64,000 nucleotides of DNA. Origin: Octopus bimaculoides (lineage: Eukaryota). Positions 25,068 through 37,560 of this stretch are shown here, in pieces. The notes below the pieces were generated by a model. It ran no database searches. It saw nothing but the letters and a program-made list of their open reading frames with translations, and was not told the origin of the DNA. The first letter of the stretch is position 1. Each line of letters starts with the position of its first letter. A program made the translations under genes and the position numbers. The DNA lies in assembly GCF_001194135.2 (NCBI RefSeq), contig NC_069005.1, forward strand, positions 22,512,656 to 22,576,655, given 5' to 3'.

Positions 25068-25695
25068 AGGCGTGTGTGTATACACACACATATATAGCTA
25101 ACAAGAGTAGAGAATTGGAGTGTGAATGGTGAATGTAGTTAGGCAGATGTATATATAAAGAAGAAGGTGTGCCATGTTACATAAATCTAGGTAGTTGTTT
25201 AGTTCTAGATAAGTCCTGATCAACAATAATGACCATCCCATTTTTTGTTGTTGACAGCTTTCCAAAAACGGTGTAGGTGTAGCTAAATTAGTAGGTAGTT
25301 ATTAGTAATTTAATCAGTGAGAAATAAAGGAAAAATAACAAAATAATATGAAATATAAATAAACTAGGTCAATATTATTTTCCACTCAGGCACACACACA
25401 AAAAGACTTCCTTCAGTTTCTATCTTCCAAATCCATTCAAAAGACTTTGGTCAGCCTTGGAGCTATAGTAGAAGACAACTGTCCGAGGACTGAACTTGAA
25501 ACCATGTAGGTCGGTAAACCACATTTGCAACTCCCTGTCTGTGTGTGCATGTGTGTGCGAATGTTGTTATACTTCAGAATGGTCATATTTTGCCATTAAT
25601 TTGTAAAATATGACCCTCTCCAACACATGATTTCACATTAAGAATCAGGCAAAACAAATGCATTAACACATACACATACACGCATGCACGCACAT

Positions 25696-25742
<47 letters not shown>

Positions 25743-26130
25743 NNNNNNNNNNNNNNNNNNNNNNNNNNNNNNNNNNNNNNNNNNNNNNNNNNNNNNNNNN
25801 NNNNNNNNNNNNNNNNNNNNNNNNNNNNNNNNNNNNNNNNNNNNNNNNNNNNNNNNNNNNNNNNNNNNNNNNNNNNNNNNNNNNNNNNNNNNNNNNNNNN
25901 NNNNNNNNNNNNNNNNNNNNNNNNNNNNNNNNNNNNNNNNNNNNNNNNNNNNNNNNNNNNNNNNNNNNNNNNNNNNNNNNNNNNNNNNNNNNNNNNNNNN
26001 NNNNNNNNNNNNNNNNNNNNNNNNNNNNNNNNNNNNNNNNNNNNNNNNNNNNNNNNNNNNNNNNNNNNNNNNNNNNNNNNNNNNNNNNNNNNNNNNNNNN
26101 NNNNNNNNNNNNNNNNNNNNNNNNNNNNNN

Positions 26131-26250
26131 ATATTTATACCGGAGTAAGCACATAAATGTGAAACGAGGTGGAAAACTGTCCGATGAACGGGAACGTGAA
26201 ACTCCGAGTAACAGTTTTTTGTTATATTTCTGCTGCTTTTAAATAAAGTA
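26131..26250 (+). mobile_element. Penelope-like pseudo-LTR fragment carrying a hammerhead ribozyme motif, abutting an N-gap
   Basis: Contains the type I hammerhead at 26173-26218. Its head AAGCACATAAA..GAAAC.AGGTGGAAAA recurs at 30171-30200. Confidence 0.6.
26173..26218 (+). ncRNA. Minimal type I hammerhead ribozyme, variant core CCGAUGA
   Basis: Stem I AAAACTGT/ACAGTTTT (8 bp), CCGATGA, stem II ACG-GGAA-CGT, GAAA, stem III ACT-CCG-AGT, cleavage triplet GUA (after 26210). Confidence 0.75.
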
Positions 26251-26267
26251 TATATATTTATATATAT

Positions 26268-26302
<35 letters not shown>

Positions 26303-26754
26303 GCTGCTGCAACTGTTTTGCATGAAACTAAATTTATTTGAAAAACTATTTATTGTATCAAGGGAGTAAAGGGAAGAAAATCACAAGGCAGATTAAGGAG
26401 TAACAAATGCATTTTACTTTTGCTGTTTTCAACCTGTCTTTCTGTTGTCGATGTTTAGCCCAAAGTCAACCTTAACAAGATGGCCACTTCTAGACAGCCT
26501 TCAATTATTGGTCTGCATGATGAAGAATGACTTGGGCTTAAACAATCATCAGAGTTCTTTGTTGTCACTACTACACTCTGCAGAATCTGATGGGCCAACA
26601 GAGTTTTTGATCATCCTCATTGCTAGGGGCGGTGGGGGCATACTTAGCTGATTCCCACACTCCCACCTTGGAAGATAAAAGCCATTCCTGATAAGGTGAT
26701 AAGGAGAAAGTCAAAAGGATCAAATGAAAATATTATTTGTTTACAGTAAATTAA

Positions 26755-27193
26755 CCCTTTAGCATTCAGATTACTCTATCAAATGTAATGCTTTTATATT
26801 TACACTGTTCTGAATTAATCATGCCTTATCTCAAAGCTTCAAGATTATGATGATGTGATTATTTACAAAGAGGTGCTGAAAAGTTCCTGGCTTTGGGTAA
26901 AAGAAAATACAGGAGAATCAGTTAATTAGGAATTTTATTCAACATATTCCCCTCTCAGATTCACATGCTTATTGCAGTAGTCCTTCAGTTTTTCCTAAGC
27001 CCTGTAAAAAAACTCGAAAGGTTGGGCCTCCAACCAGGCCTTTTGTGATACCCTTAAAACCAAGAACTGATCAGCACCCCTTCATATTTTTAGAATGACA
27101 TTGTTGGATAAGTGTGAGAAGACAGATCTGGGTGGTTTGAAGATAAAACAGAGAATATTTGGGCCAGATATAGCTGGTTTAAACACTAAAGGG
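26755..27193. mobile_element. piggyBac-like MITE (TTAA TSD)
   Basis: TTAA|CCCTTTAG ... CTAAAGGG|TTAA (TSDs 26751-26754 and 27194-27197). Confidence 0.75.
26864..27086 (-). mobile_element. Mariner-derived MITE nested inside the piggyBac-like MITE
   Basis: TIRs GGTGCTGAAAAGTTCCTGG / CAAGAACTGATCAGCACCCC with TA-like flanks. The minus strand reads KLKDYCNKHVNLRGEYVE*. Same family as 24846-25067, opposite orientation. Confidence 0.75.
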
Positions 27194-28073
27194 TTAATGA
27201 CAAATTTAAAAATGAGGGGTTAAGTGGATACAAACAACTGAGGGTGGGTTAACAAAGGTAGAAATTGACCTATCTTGATCTATAAATTAACACTTGGTTC
27301 AGAAAAGGGGTTAACTAGATATAGGCAGATGAGAGTGGGACAACAAAGTTAGGTTAGCTAAGACAATCCCAACTGGCAGGAAAGTCAAGAAGAACTGAGT
27401 AATAAGATAAACAAACCAATTTCAATTTTAGCATGAGAAGCTAAGTCCTTATAGCGTTTAACTCCATATGGTCTACAGTGTTAAATAAAGATCAGCTCAG
27501 CTCTTGAAGTTACAACTATATTAAGATCAGAGAGAAAGAAGGCTTGCATTTCAAGTGATAACACTGAAACTTTTACATGTGTTTTGTATTAGTTTATCTT
27601 GTACAAACCCAGTTGGTTGTCATGCAACACGGTAAAATATTACAATAAAAGAAATGAAATATCACCCCCACTCAGTACTATAACACCATAACAAGATGAC
27701 CGATCTCCTCCTCTCCTTCCACTTAACAATTAAATTTAATAATGTCTCTTTGATAAAACAGAAAATGATTTCATAAGTGAAATTAATTCTATTAGCTGAG
27801 ATTATACATCCTAGATAAATATATTATATATATATATATATATATAAATGAAGTTTGAAAACGCCAATATATAAAAAATGAATTTTAATTCAACATTTTG
27901 TCAGAGATATTTTTAACATGTTTCGGTTCTTGTAAAAACCAACCTTATCAAAAATACATATTTAAAAAAATTAAATTAAATGAAAAGTTCATAATTGTTC
28001 CTTACAGGTGTCAATAGTCCATGTGGGGGCATTTTTTGTTGGTTGTAGTAGTAGTAGTGTTGGCAATGGTAAA

Positions 28074-28126
<53 letters not shown>

Positions 28127-28139
28127 TTTCCTATTGATA

Positions 28140-28760
28140 CCCCTCATTTGTACCATTGTCACTTCCACCCATAATTAACATTGACAACCCCACCCTTGTT
28201 TTATCCCTCTCTCACATTCCCTCAGAACCCCACTCCTCATCTCCCAATCATTCCATCCATCCATCACTCTCCTATCCAGTGTATTATTCTGCTGCTGTAT
28301 GCAATGAAATTAAAACCTGTTACTACAGACCATTTCATATTACCTTTTCTGTACTACCAGACACCACCCACTTCTCTTAACTACACCCAACTAACATCCA
28401 CCTATCATTCTTATTACTGTCCTCCCTCCCCCACACACTCATATTTACCACTGACCACTTCTGTTCTCCATTCACTACATTTACCACCTATATACATCCA
28501 GTCACCTCCACTCCATGCTTATACCCATCCCTCACTCTCCCCTACACTCCTGCACCCTTACTCATCCCTCCAGATTTTTCTGTCCTCGCACTCACTTCTA
28601 TTTGCCATCTTGGACGTGTTACTATGGGAATTCCTTCTGGTACCTTGTCACCACCATATTTACTTCTTAGCACCACTCCAGCCATCCCTGCCCACCCCAT
28701 GTACCTGAGAGGTAGCCATGAATCTCCCTTAACCAAACCTGGCCCTTCCCTTTCAGCATA
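28140..28760 (+). mobile_element. C/T-rich degenerate repeat, probably an old retroelement segment
   Basis: Strong C-over-G strand skew. The P/S/H/L-rich ORFs have no recognisable motif. The family assignment is inference. Confidence 0.35.
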
Positions 28761-30170
28761 CTAATTACCTCCCAATCCCTCACATAAAGTAACATACAAT
28801 CTGAATAAAGAGTTCAATGCCATAGTAACAAAGTAACGCATTTATTCCAAAGAATGCTAACGAATTTGTTTCTTTCTGAAATCAAATTCATCAGAGTATC
28901 ATCATCATTATCACTGAATCAAGCTTACTCAGATTTGCAAGACCGTAATTCTCCACACATATCTATCTTCTATGACATCTGATTGTTTTTTTTTGGTGAC
29001 ATCCAGTGACCTCTGTTAACTGATAGGTGTGTATCTGCAGGACAACCATTGAAATTGACGACCATTTTGAGTTGTCTAAAGTGGGAATGTCACTAACCAG
29101 CTGCTCCTTATTTCCCCAGCAGTGCGAAACATAAAAAAAAAAAACCTCTTCCTATTCTAATGGTTCTCTGCACAACAAGGAACATAGTTTTACCTTCACA
29201 AAACCCAGGTACCCAGCCTTTACAAGAACAGAGGTAGGGTCTGATGATGACTTAGCCAGAAGGTCAGATATAATTGTTGGAGTCTCTATCATTCTTTACA
29301 GACACTGATATCAATGTTAATAGGAAAATCAAATTCACCAGATAGAACTTGGAAGGTACCATCACCTCTTTGTCTGGAAGCTAGAAAACAAAACAGTATA
29401 TTCTTCCACATACTACAGAATCAACACAGTCCACATGATTGAGGAAGTGGGGACTACCATACAGTTTCTATGTACCCAACTTCACAGACAAGGTTTGTAT
29501 TGACTCCAAGGATAGAATAGAAGGCACAAGCCCAAGGTGCAACATAAATGGGCTAACACAGGTTCTGTTTGTCTAATTACACAAAAAATTCTCAGGTGGA
29601 TCCAAGGGCATAGTAGAAGACACTGGGATGAAGCATGAAACTAAATCCTGAAGCACATATAGACCTATAAATAGAAGCGTGTAAATATTGGGTTGAAAAA
29701 TCCTTTTGAATTAAAAAAAAAGATGAAAGCAGCCTTTGACTTTGTCTATCCAAAAGATTTTTCAACACAATATTTACAGGGTTTATATGTACTTTAAGAT
29801 CCAGTTCAACACACACAGACAAACCCATCTCATTTAGGGTATAACTTTAATTCATCAAAATTGCTTAGCTCACCACATTAAATATGCTAGCATTTGTACC
29901 CACCTTACAGTTCATTTCTCATGAAGTTGACATACTTGGGTACGACCCACCTCCAGCCTTTCTTTTAAAACATCACGCCACTTGGTGCTGATTCATTAAA
30001 ATTCTATATATTTATATGAAATCATGTTAAATCTAGCAGTACCAGTTAAATCTAGCAGTACTTTTATTGAGGATGTTTACTAAGATATACATGAATGCTC
30101 TGCTGAATTCTACTTAGAAAGAAAGAAACTTGTAATAATTGCATGCATGCACACACACACACACACAAGA

Positions 30171-30276
30171 AAGCACATAAAAGCAAAACAAAGTGGAAAA
30201 AAATAGTACTTGAATCCCAAAGGTAGAGTAATATGCTTTTATTAAAGCTGAAAAACTTTTACAAAAGTTTCACGTT
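30171..30276. mobile_element. Decayed copy of the PLE pseudo-LTR, with head and inverted hammerhead end
   Basis: 30171-30200 matches 26147-26176 in the forward orientation. 30252-30276 (AAAACTTTTACAAAAGTTTCACGTT) matches the reverse complement of 26193-26218. Confidence 0.55.
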
Positions 30277-31077
30277 TTATCATTATCATTGTTTAACATC
30301 CATCTTCCATGCATGAATGGTAGGACAGGTAGAAAATCTGCTCGAGGCTACTATGTCTGTTTTGGCAGGGATTTTACAGCTGGATGCCCTTCCTAACACC
30401 AACCACTCCACAGAGTGGGCTCAGTGATTTTTACATGGCACTAGCACAGGCAAAGTTAGTTTTGGCAAGATTTTTACAGCTGGATGCCCTTCAGATGCCA
30501 ACCACATTACAGTGTGGACTAGATGTTTTTAACATGGCACCAGCACTGGTAGGGCAACCAAGTAACTCACATGAGTATATACATTTTTTCTATCATTTTT
30601 CCTCAGCAGAAAGTCATAGAAAAGATTCAAGAGCCAAGAATCAAACTGCCAGTTTGGTAAGAGCCATGTATGGAACTCTACTGATTAAAAAATTTTAAAA
30701 CATGCATATACATAGGCACAGGAGTGGCTGTGTGGTAAGTAGTTTGCTTACCAACCACATGGTTCTAGGTTCAGAACCAATGCATGGTACCTTGGACAAG
30801 TGTCTTCTACTATAACCTTGGGCTGACCAAAGCCTNNNNNNNNNNTATATATATATATATATATAATTTGAAGAAAAGCAACAAAAATTCAATAGGTTAT
30901 AGCAGTACGCACGTTTCGTACAAACTTCATTTATTTATGTAGTGAGAACACAACATAAAATGTGCAATGAAAAATTTTATTCACCAAATCTCTTTATTTT
31001 GTTTTTGGTTATTACCCTACCAAATTCTGGTGCCACAAACATTTTAAGTACCACATTTAATCTTTTGATTAAATCTA

Positions 31078-31140
<63 letters not shown>

Positions 31141-31470
31141 CTCACAAAGCATTGGTTGATCTAGGGCTATAGTAGAACATTCTTACTCGGGTGCCAAGCA
31201 GTGGGACTGATCCTAAAACCATGTCGTTGTGAAGTGAACACCTTAACACATACCTGTGCAAATATATACATATATATGTGTATATATATTAATTGACAAC
31301 CCTGAAAGAAACTACACCGCCATTATAGTAGGGCTGCAGTTGCAACGATTTACATATACAGATACACACATATATATGTACATATATACACACACACACA
31401 TATATATATATATATACATACATATATATAGACACACACACACACATACCTAAACACAATAGACACACAA

Positions 31471-31543
<73 letters not shown>

Positions 31544-31572
31544 TATATATGTATATATATATATACACACAA

Positions 31573-31606
<34 letters not shown>

Positions 31607-31659
31607 ATTATAATTTCTCTATCGCAATTTTACCATATATTTCTTGCTAAAACAACATT

Positions 31660-31890
31660 AGCTTGATATAACTTGAACAGGATATACCGATCCCACCAAA
31701 AAAGAAGTGACTGCAAAATTAGCAGACTTCTCCCGCCACTTACAATGGAAAGCCTTATTCTTCGATAAAAACAACCAAATGGAGACTACCAATCACAAAA
31801 ACTAAAAAAACACCGCCACGAAACAGCCATCTGGACACCTTTGAGAACGAATTATGGGATACTTTTAGGAACCAAAATTATTTTTTTAAG
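31660..31890 (+). mobile_element. Penelope-like element ORF N-terminal fragment (frameshifted)
   Basis: Reads DIPIP..., KLADFSRHLQWKALFFDK and TKKTPPRNSHLDTFENELWDTF. These match the NIPIP / RMRWKA.FF / KT.K.PP...L..FE.DL pattern I recall from marine-invertebrate PLE ORFs. Confidence 0.65.
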
Positions 31891-34800
31891 TAACCTTCTA
31901 CCTCCTCTCAATATTCCTCTTGTAAAGTTCAAATCATTCTGATGTTTGTCACATGGAACAAGATAAACGCAACTTTAACTCAAAAATAACAAATTGAAAC
32001 AGCTGTAAATGTTATCTTAACTATAATTAAACTATGATAATTCAGTACTAATGATAAACTTCTAATTGTTACATGTTGGTCCATTTCTTATCTGAATATA
32101 TTAAACCACTGTTTACCCTTTAAACTATCAGCTACAGTTAACCTTACAGCAAGGCCTATACATAGTTAGGTAATATACCAGTTGTGCCTACAGATGCATT
32201 TATCCCTTAGACAGTTGCATAACCTGTAATCCAAGACAAACAATTACATGTGTGTGTGTGTATGTGAATATAAGTGAATATGTGCATACATACATGGATG
32301 TATGCATGTTTATGAAAATTTGTACATACACATGCATTATTATCAAGGGTATTACTCCTGCTTTAGATGTGCAACTAACAACCAATAATAGTTAATTGGT
32401 AAGGGTACTATCACTACCACTATTTAGAAATAGGAGATTTACCGCTAAATATGAGAAGTCAGTTCTCTTTTATAACACACCCAGCTACACTTATTGGTGA
32501 TATCCGTTAGCTATAATGTAAACTTTACGTTAAATATAGCTGAGTAGAGATAACTAATAGTCCCAAGAAATGTTTTTCTTGTCATTGTTAACCCAGGTTA
32601 GTCTTGAACCAGTAGTCCTATGATCAGAAGTGCTAAAACCATGACAGCCTCATACTACACTAATATTCTGTTTCTTTTCAAGCAGTTAGGTGTAGGTTGA
32701 AGGAAACTTAGTTGCTGTTTCTAGCAAGTTTAATGACCACCTACAAGCTATTTTATTTGGTTCATATAAAGAACTGAGGTTTTAGGGTTTAGAAAGCCAT
32801 TTGTATGACTTACTTTGGTAAAGGAAAAGAGAGTGAAAACAAACAACCTACAACAATTTTGCAGAGTTGTTAGAGCGTCAAAGAAAATACCTAGTGGGAT
32901 TTATTCCAGCTCTCTTTGTTCTGAGTTTGATTTCCACCAGGGTTGACTTTGCCTTTCATCTTTCCTGCAGTGGACTGGCAGGATTATTGGAACATTAGAC
33001 AGGATAACTTGAGGTATTTGTTCTGGCTCTTTGCATTCTGAGTTCAAATCATATCATGGTCTACAAAGGGTGGTAGTCTTAAACTACAGCCTCACCTGGT
33101 CCATAGATACAGTAAGTAGAGTTCACTATGTTGTATGCATTTAGGTAAGGCCTCTGCTTTTGGATACCTTCCTTCTTCCCTCCCTCCCACTAGTCTTCAA
33201 AGGTCCTGCAAAAGGGCCATAGATACAACACCTTCCTCCAACTAAGTAATATTACATGTTCACAGAACAAGAGAAACTTAGAATTTTTGACGTTCACACC
33301 AGCAACACCACCACCACCACCACAACAAATCAAGAAGGAAACCCTGACACGATCACTGAAGCCTGTTAGAAATAACTAAATCTCTCTCAAATCAGTTTCA
33401 GGGAGGAGACATTAGATATAACCATGTCTGAGTGAAAATACTGAATGCCGTTGATAATAGGTTTGCTCAATCAGAGCTGACTTAAAGTTACACAACAACA
33501 ACAACAACACCATAGACAGCCATCATGCCCAACTGTGTTATTAACAAAATACATTTGAATAACAAAATACACCTGAGTACCTGGGCTGGATGAAGTTAGG
33601 CCAAAAACTGTCTATATTATTTATTACTGTTGTTGTTACATAACCCTAGGTTGACCTTGATCTGGCAAACTTCATGATGAAAAGCTGATTTACTCATGAT
33701 CAACCTTTACTTCAGACACAATATAATCTGGAACTTTATTATCTAATGTACCCCTTTTTACATAGTAAGATGTGATTTTCAGGGCCTGTCTGCTATTTCT
33801 AGCAGGTCATATGACCAAATAAAAGCTTCTTTGTTGCATGGAACAGTGTAGCAGTAATGTTATTTAATCCTAAGTCATCCCTGATCCAGCAGAGGTGATC
33901 AAAAAGTATCTTATTTCACTCAATACTTCCTTCTTTGTCAAAGTCAAAAACCTTTAGAAAGTATCTCCTGTGTCCATATTTGTTTGACATACATCCAAAC
34001 CAAACATGCAAAAGCACAGGCTAAACATCAATATTGACTGACCAGTCAAAGAGGACCTGTAAAGTCAATATGCACCAACTCATTGCTTTGACCATCATTG
34101 TCCCTTGTGTGATCAATGCACTCGGAACAATTTCAAAGAATCTGGATGCAATACTTGAGATTTTAGAAATACCAAATATATTAGGGAGTGCATAAATGGT
34201 GCAGTGCTTAGAACAGCTTATGTGTTGAAGAAGGTGTTGTGCCTCTGAGTTACAGACAGGAGCTGAGGCACAATTACACACAACCCAACTATAGAAGATC
34301 TGTGTTGAACATCATCATCATCATCGTCGTCGTCGTCATTTAACGTCCGCTTTCCATGCTAGCATGGGTTGGACGATTTGACTGAGGACTGGTGAAACCA
34401 GGTGGCTGCACCAGGCTCCAATCTGATTTGGCAGAGATTCTACAGTTGGATGCCCTTCCTAACGCCAACCACTCCGAGAGTGTAGTGGGTGCTTTTACGT
34501 GCCACCGGCATGAAGGCCAGTCAGGCGGTACTGGCAACAGCCATGCCGTTGAACAACAACAATAACAATAATAATAATGGTTTCAAATTTTGGCACAAGG
34601 CCAGCATTTTCAGGAAAGTGGGTACATCGATTACATCAACCCCACTACCTAAAATTGGTACTTATTTTATAAACTCCGGAAGGATGGAAGGCAAAGTCAA
34701 TCTCAGCAGAATTTGAACTTAAAGTGCAAAGATGGGAGAAGTGCTGCTTGCTAAGCATTTTGCCCAGCATGCTAGTGATTCTGTCAGCTCAACGCCTTAA

Positions 34801-35788
34801 CAATAATAATAATAATAATAATAGATGTAACAATATACATAAACACACGCCGCCACCACCAATAATAACAACAACTTCTTTAAACAAAATTATAATAACT
34901 ATGGACTTGTTTGTGAGTCAATTTTGTAAATCAACCAAGTAGAAATTTCATCTTTACAAAGAGCATTCAATGTTTAGCACTATATGATTCAGTGTTTTAT
35001 TTTTATCCAGTCTTGCGTGTGTTAGTGTAACTAGATCGATATCATACAATTTTAATACTAAACTACAACACAAGCAGTCAACGAAAATATTTGAATTATT
35101 TTATCGCTAAACAATTCTATTTTCTTACACTAACAAATGTCAGTAGAAGACTAACACATAGCTGTTGGAATAATTAAAATAATGTTTAGTCATTGACTAA
35201 TAATGGGTCTTTTTTGTTTTTTGTTTTTTGTTTTTGTTTCTCTTTTGTGTGGTGGAGGTCTCCTTGCCACGTATATATTTCAAATTAGTTTTGTAATGCT
35301 CCCTATATTAAATATATTAACATTAACTGTTGCTTTTCTTAGGCAGATGGCATCTGAACTATTTCATTTTGAAACAGTTCTATTTACCTGCACCAATAAA
35401 TGTATAATAATCTTGTGCATTTACTTAGTGAGTCTTTCATCACTACTTTCACATGTACAGTAACACCTAAACTTTTCTGATGAGGACTGAGTAAGACTAA
35501 AACATGTCCAGAGCTGTCACTTGTAATTGCTGAAATCATGAAAATAATATTAGCTAATGACTAATACCAGGTTCCCCCTACCCAATGCCATCAATCTATC
35601 ATTAGTTGGTGCATTAAAACATTAACACTAACTTGTCTGATTATCAATAATAATCTGTGCACAGTTTCATGTCATTAAGTATATGAACTCTAGCTATAAT
35701 AGCTGCATCAATCACATTCATAAGACTTTTCTTATTTCAACAATTTTTTTAATTTTCCCACTATTTATTCTCACATGCATGCATGCAC

Positions 35789-35857
<69 letters not shown>

Positions 35858-35869
35858 TTTACTTTAAAT

Positions 35870-37560
35870 AAATTGAAAGATGATGCACTGAATGATGTAT
35901 GCCAAAAATTTAGGCCAATTCTCATCACCCCATCATATGCCATGGAAATCAAACCACTGGAACAGTTAAAGGATCTCTTCCTTGGTTGTTCTTCCTCCTT
36001 CAAAAGGGAAATCTTCCTTGCTGCAAAGTCAGGGGATTTACATAAAATCAAATGATTTAAAAACGAAAAATGAACTACAAGCATTCATGGTATGTGACAT
36101 TGAGAAAGATGAGCCTAATGCAATACTCATGATACAAGAAGACCTCTAATTTCAAACAAGGAACCCTCACAGCAAAGATCTTCCTGAACACCAAGGCAAG
36201 TGTCCTCTCCAAGTTTCTTTCTCAAACTTACAGGCTTATGCTTAGAGTGGTCCCATCCATTCCTACCATTTTTTACCACTCCCACTCACCTTTCAATAAC
36301 CTCACTCAAAGAGAGCACCTCCCTCTCCACCATCACTTTCACTTTAAGTGAAACTAGAAGTCAAAGAGGATTCTACCAAAGAGGAAACTCCCTGTCTTCA
36401 TACCATTCAGTTTCATCCACCACACAACTGCTTTTGCTATAGACAAAGAGGAACTGCCTCCCTTGCCTTGTTAAAAAAAAGGAGAAGTGGAGTGGGGGGA
36501 GCAATCATCAGTGTGGACTCAGATGGTAGCCAGATCTGTCCCACACCCACAGCTTAACACTACTTCACAAGTCAACAATGTTATGAACACTGAATAAGTG
36601 TCCAAGCATTGTTGTGGTTTGTCACTTTGAACACACCTCAAACAGGCCTGTCTGACCTCACTTTCATGCCAATAGAGTTCATCTCATGCCAGTGGCACCC
36701 CCTCAAAAGCACAGTCAGACTTCTGGAAATTATCCATAGAAGTCCCCAATCCAAAAACCCTTCCAGAACAAAGATATTCAGTGATGTCTAGAGTTTCCCC
36801 AAGAGCATCATTCTTCCCTGCCACTAATTCTTTATAAATTGCAAGAGTAGAACATTCCAGCAATCCTACTGCCAGACTAGTAGAGGACAGTGCATGCCTG
36901 ATGAGATTCTAGATGCCAAATGCCCAATCTCAGTTTTTGCTTCTCTCAAAGCTGTCACTCTGTTGAGAGGATGAACCACAGAAAGATATATCTCAAAAAG
37001 ATTTCCCACATCTGCTTGCCATCTAGGAATCTCTACAGGTGGTGCTGCCTCAGCATGTCTGTGGATTAGCAATTAGGGCACACCCAACCCATCATACAGA
37101 GAGTGCTGGCAGCAGATAGACTGCCTCACCAGTGGAACACATTCCTTCTGCAAGAAACTGAATAATAGAATCAAGGGTAAACAATAACTGAAGCCATGTA
37201 GGTTTTCTCCACTTCTGCCAAACTTCTACCAAGGACAGTTTCTTCCAGGTCCATCTCTAGGTAAAACTGACCACCCTGTTCATTTCTTCACCCTAGTTCC
37301 TATTCACTGGAGGTCAGGACCAAACTAGGCCCTAAGCAGTTTAAATAATCTGTTGGTTTACTATCCCACAACACTGTCCAACAGCATGACCTGCCTCTCC
37401 TTAATTGGTATGCTAACCAATATAATACCAAGGAGATCTGGCTGCTATATCTAGCAATGATCTCCCACATTAGCTCAAGCACTGTACAGTTTATTATAAT
37501 CAGAGATAGATATAACAATGGCAACACTGTGTAGATAGATGTCACGATGTCATGGGAAAA
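35870..37560 (+). mobile_element. Highly decayed coding-like element, possibly a tyrosine-recombinase (DIRS/Ngaro/Crypton-like) remnant
   Basis: Less AT-rich and non-simple. Fragments KKRRSGVGGAIISVDSDGSQICPTPTA*HY, LLWFVTLNTP and LLRG*TTERYI loosely parallel the YR motifs LCPV.AL..Y, LF and LGRW.S..F.RYI. Confidence 0.3.
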
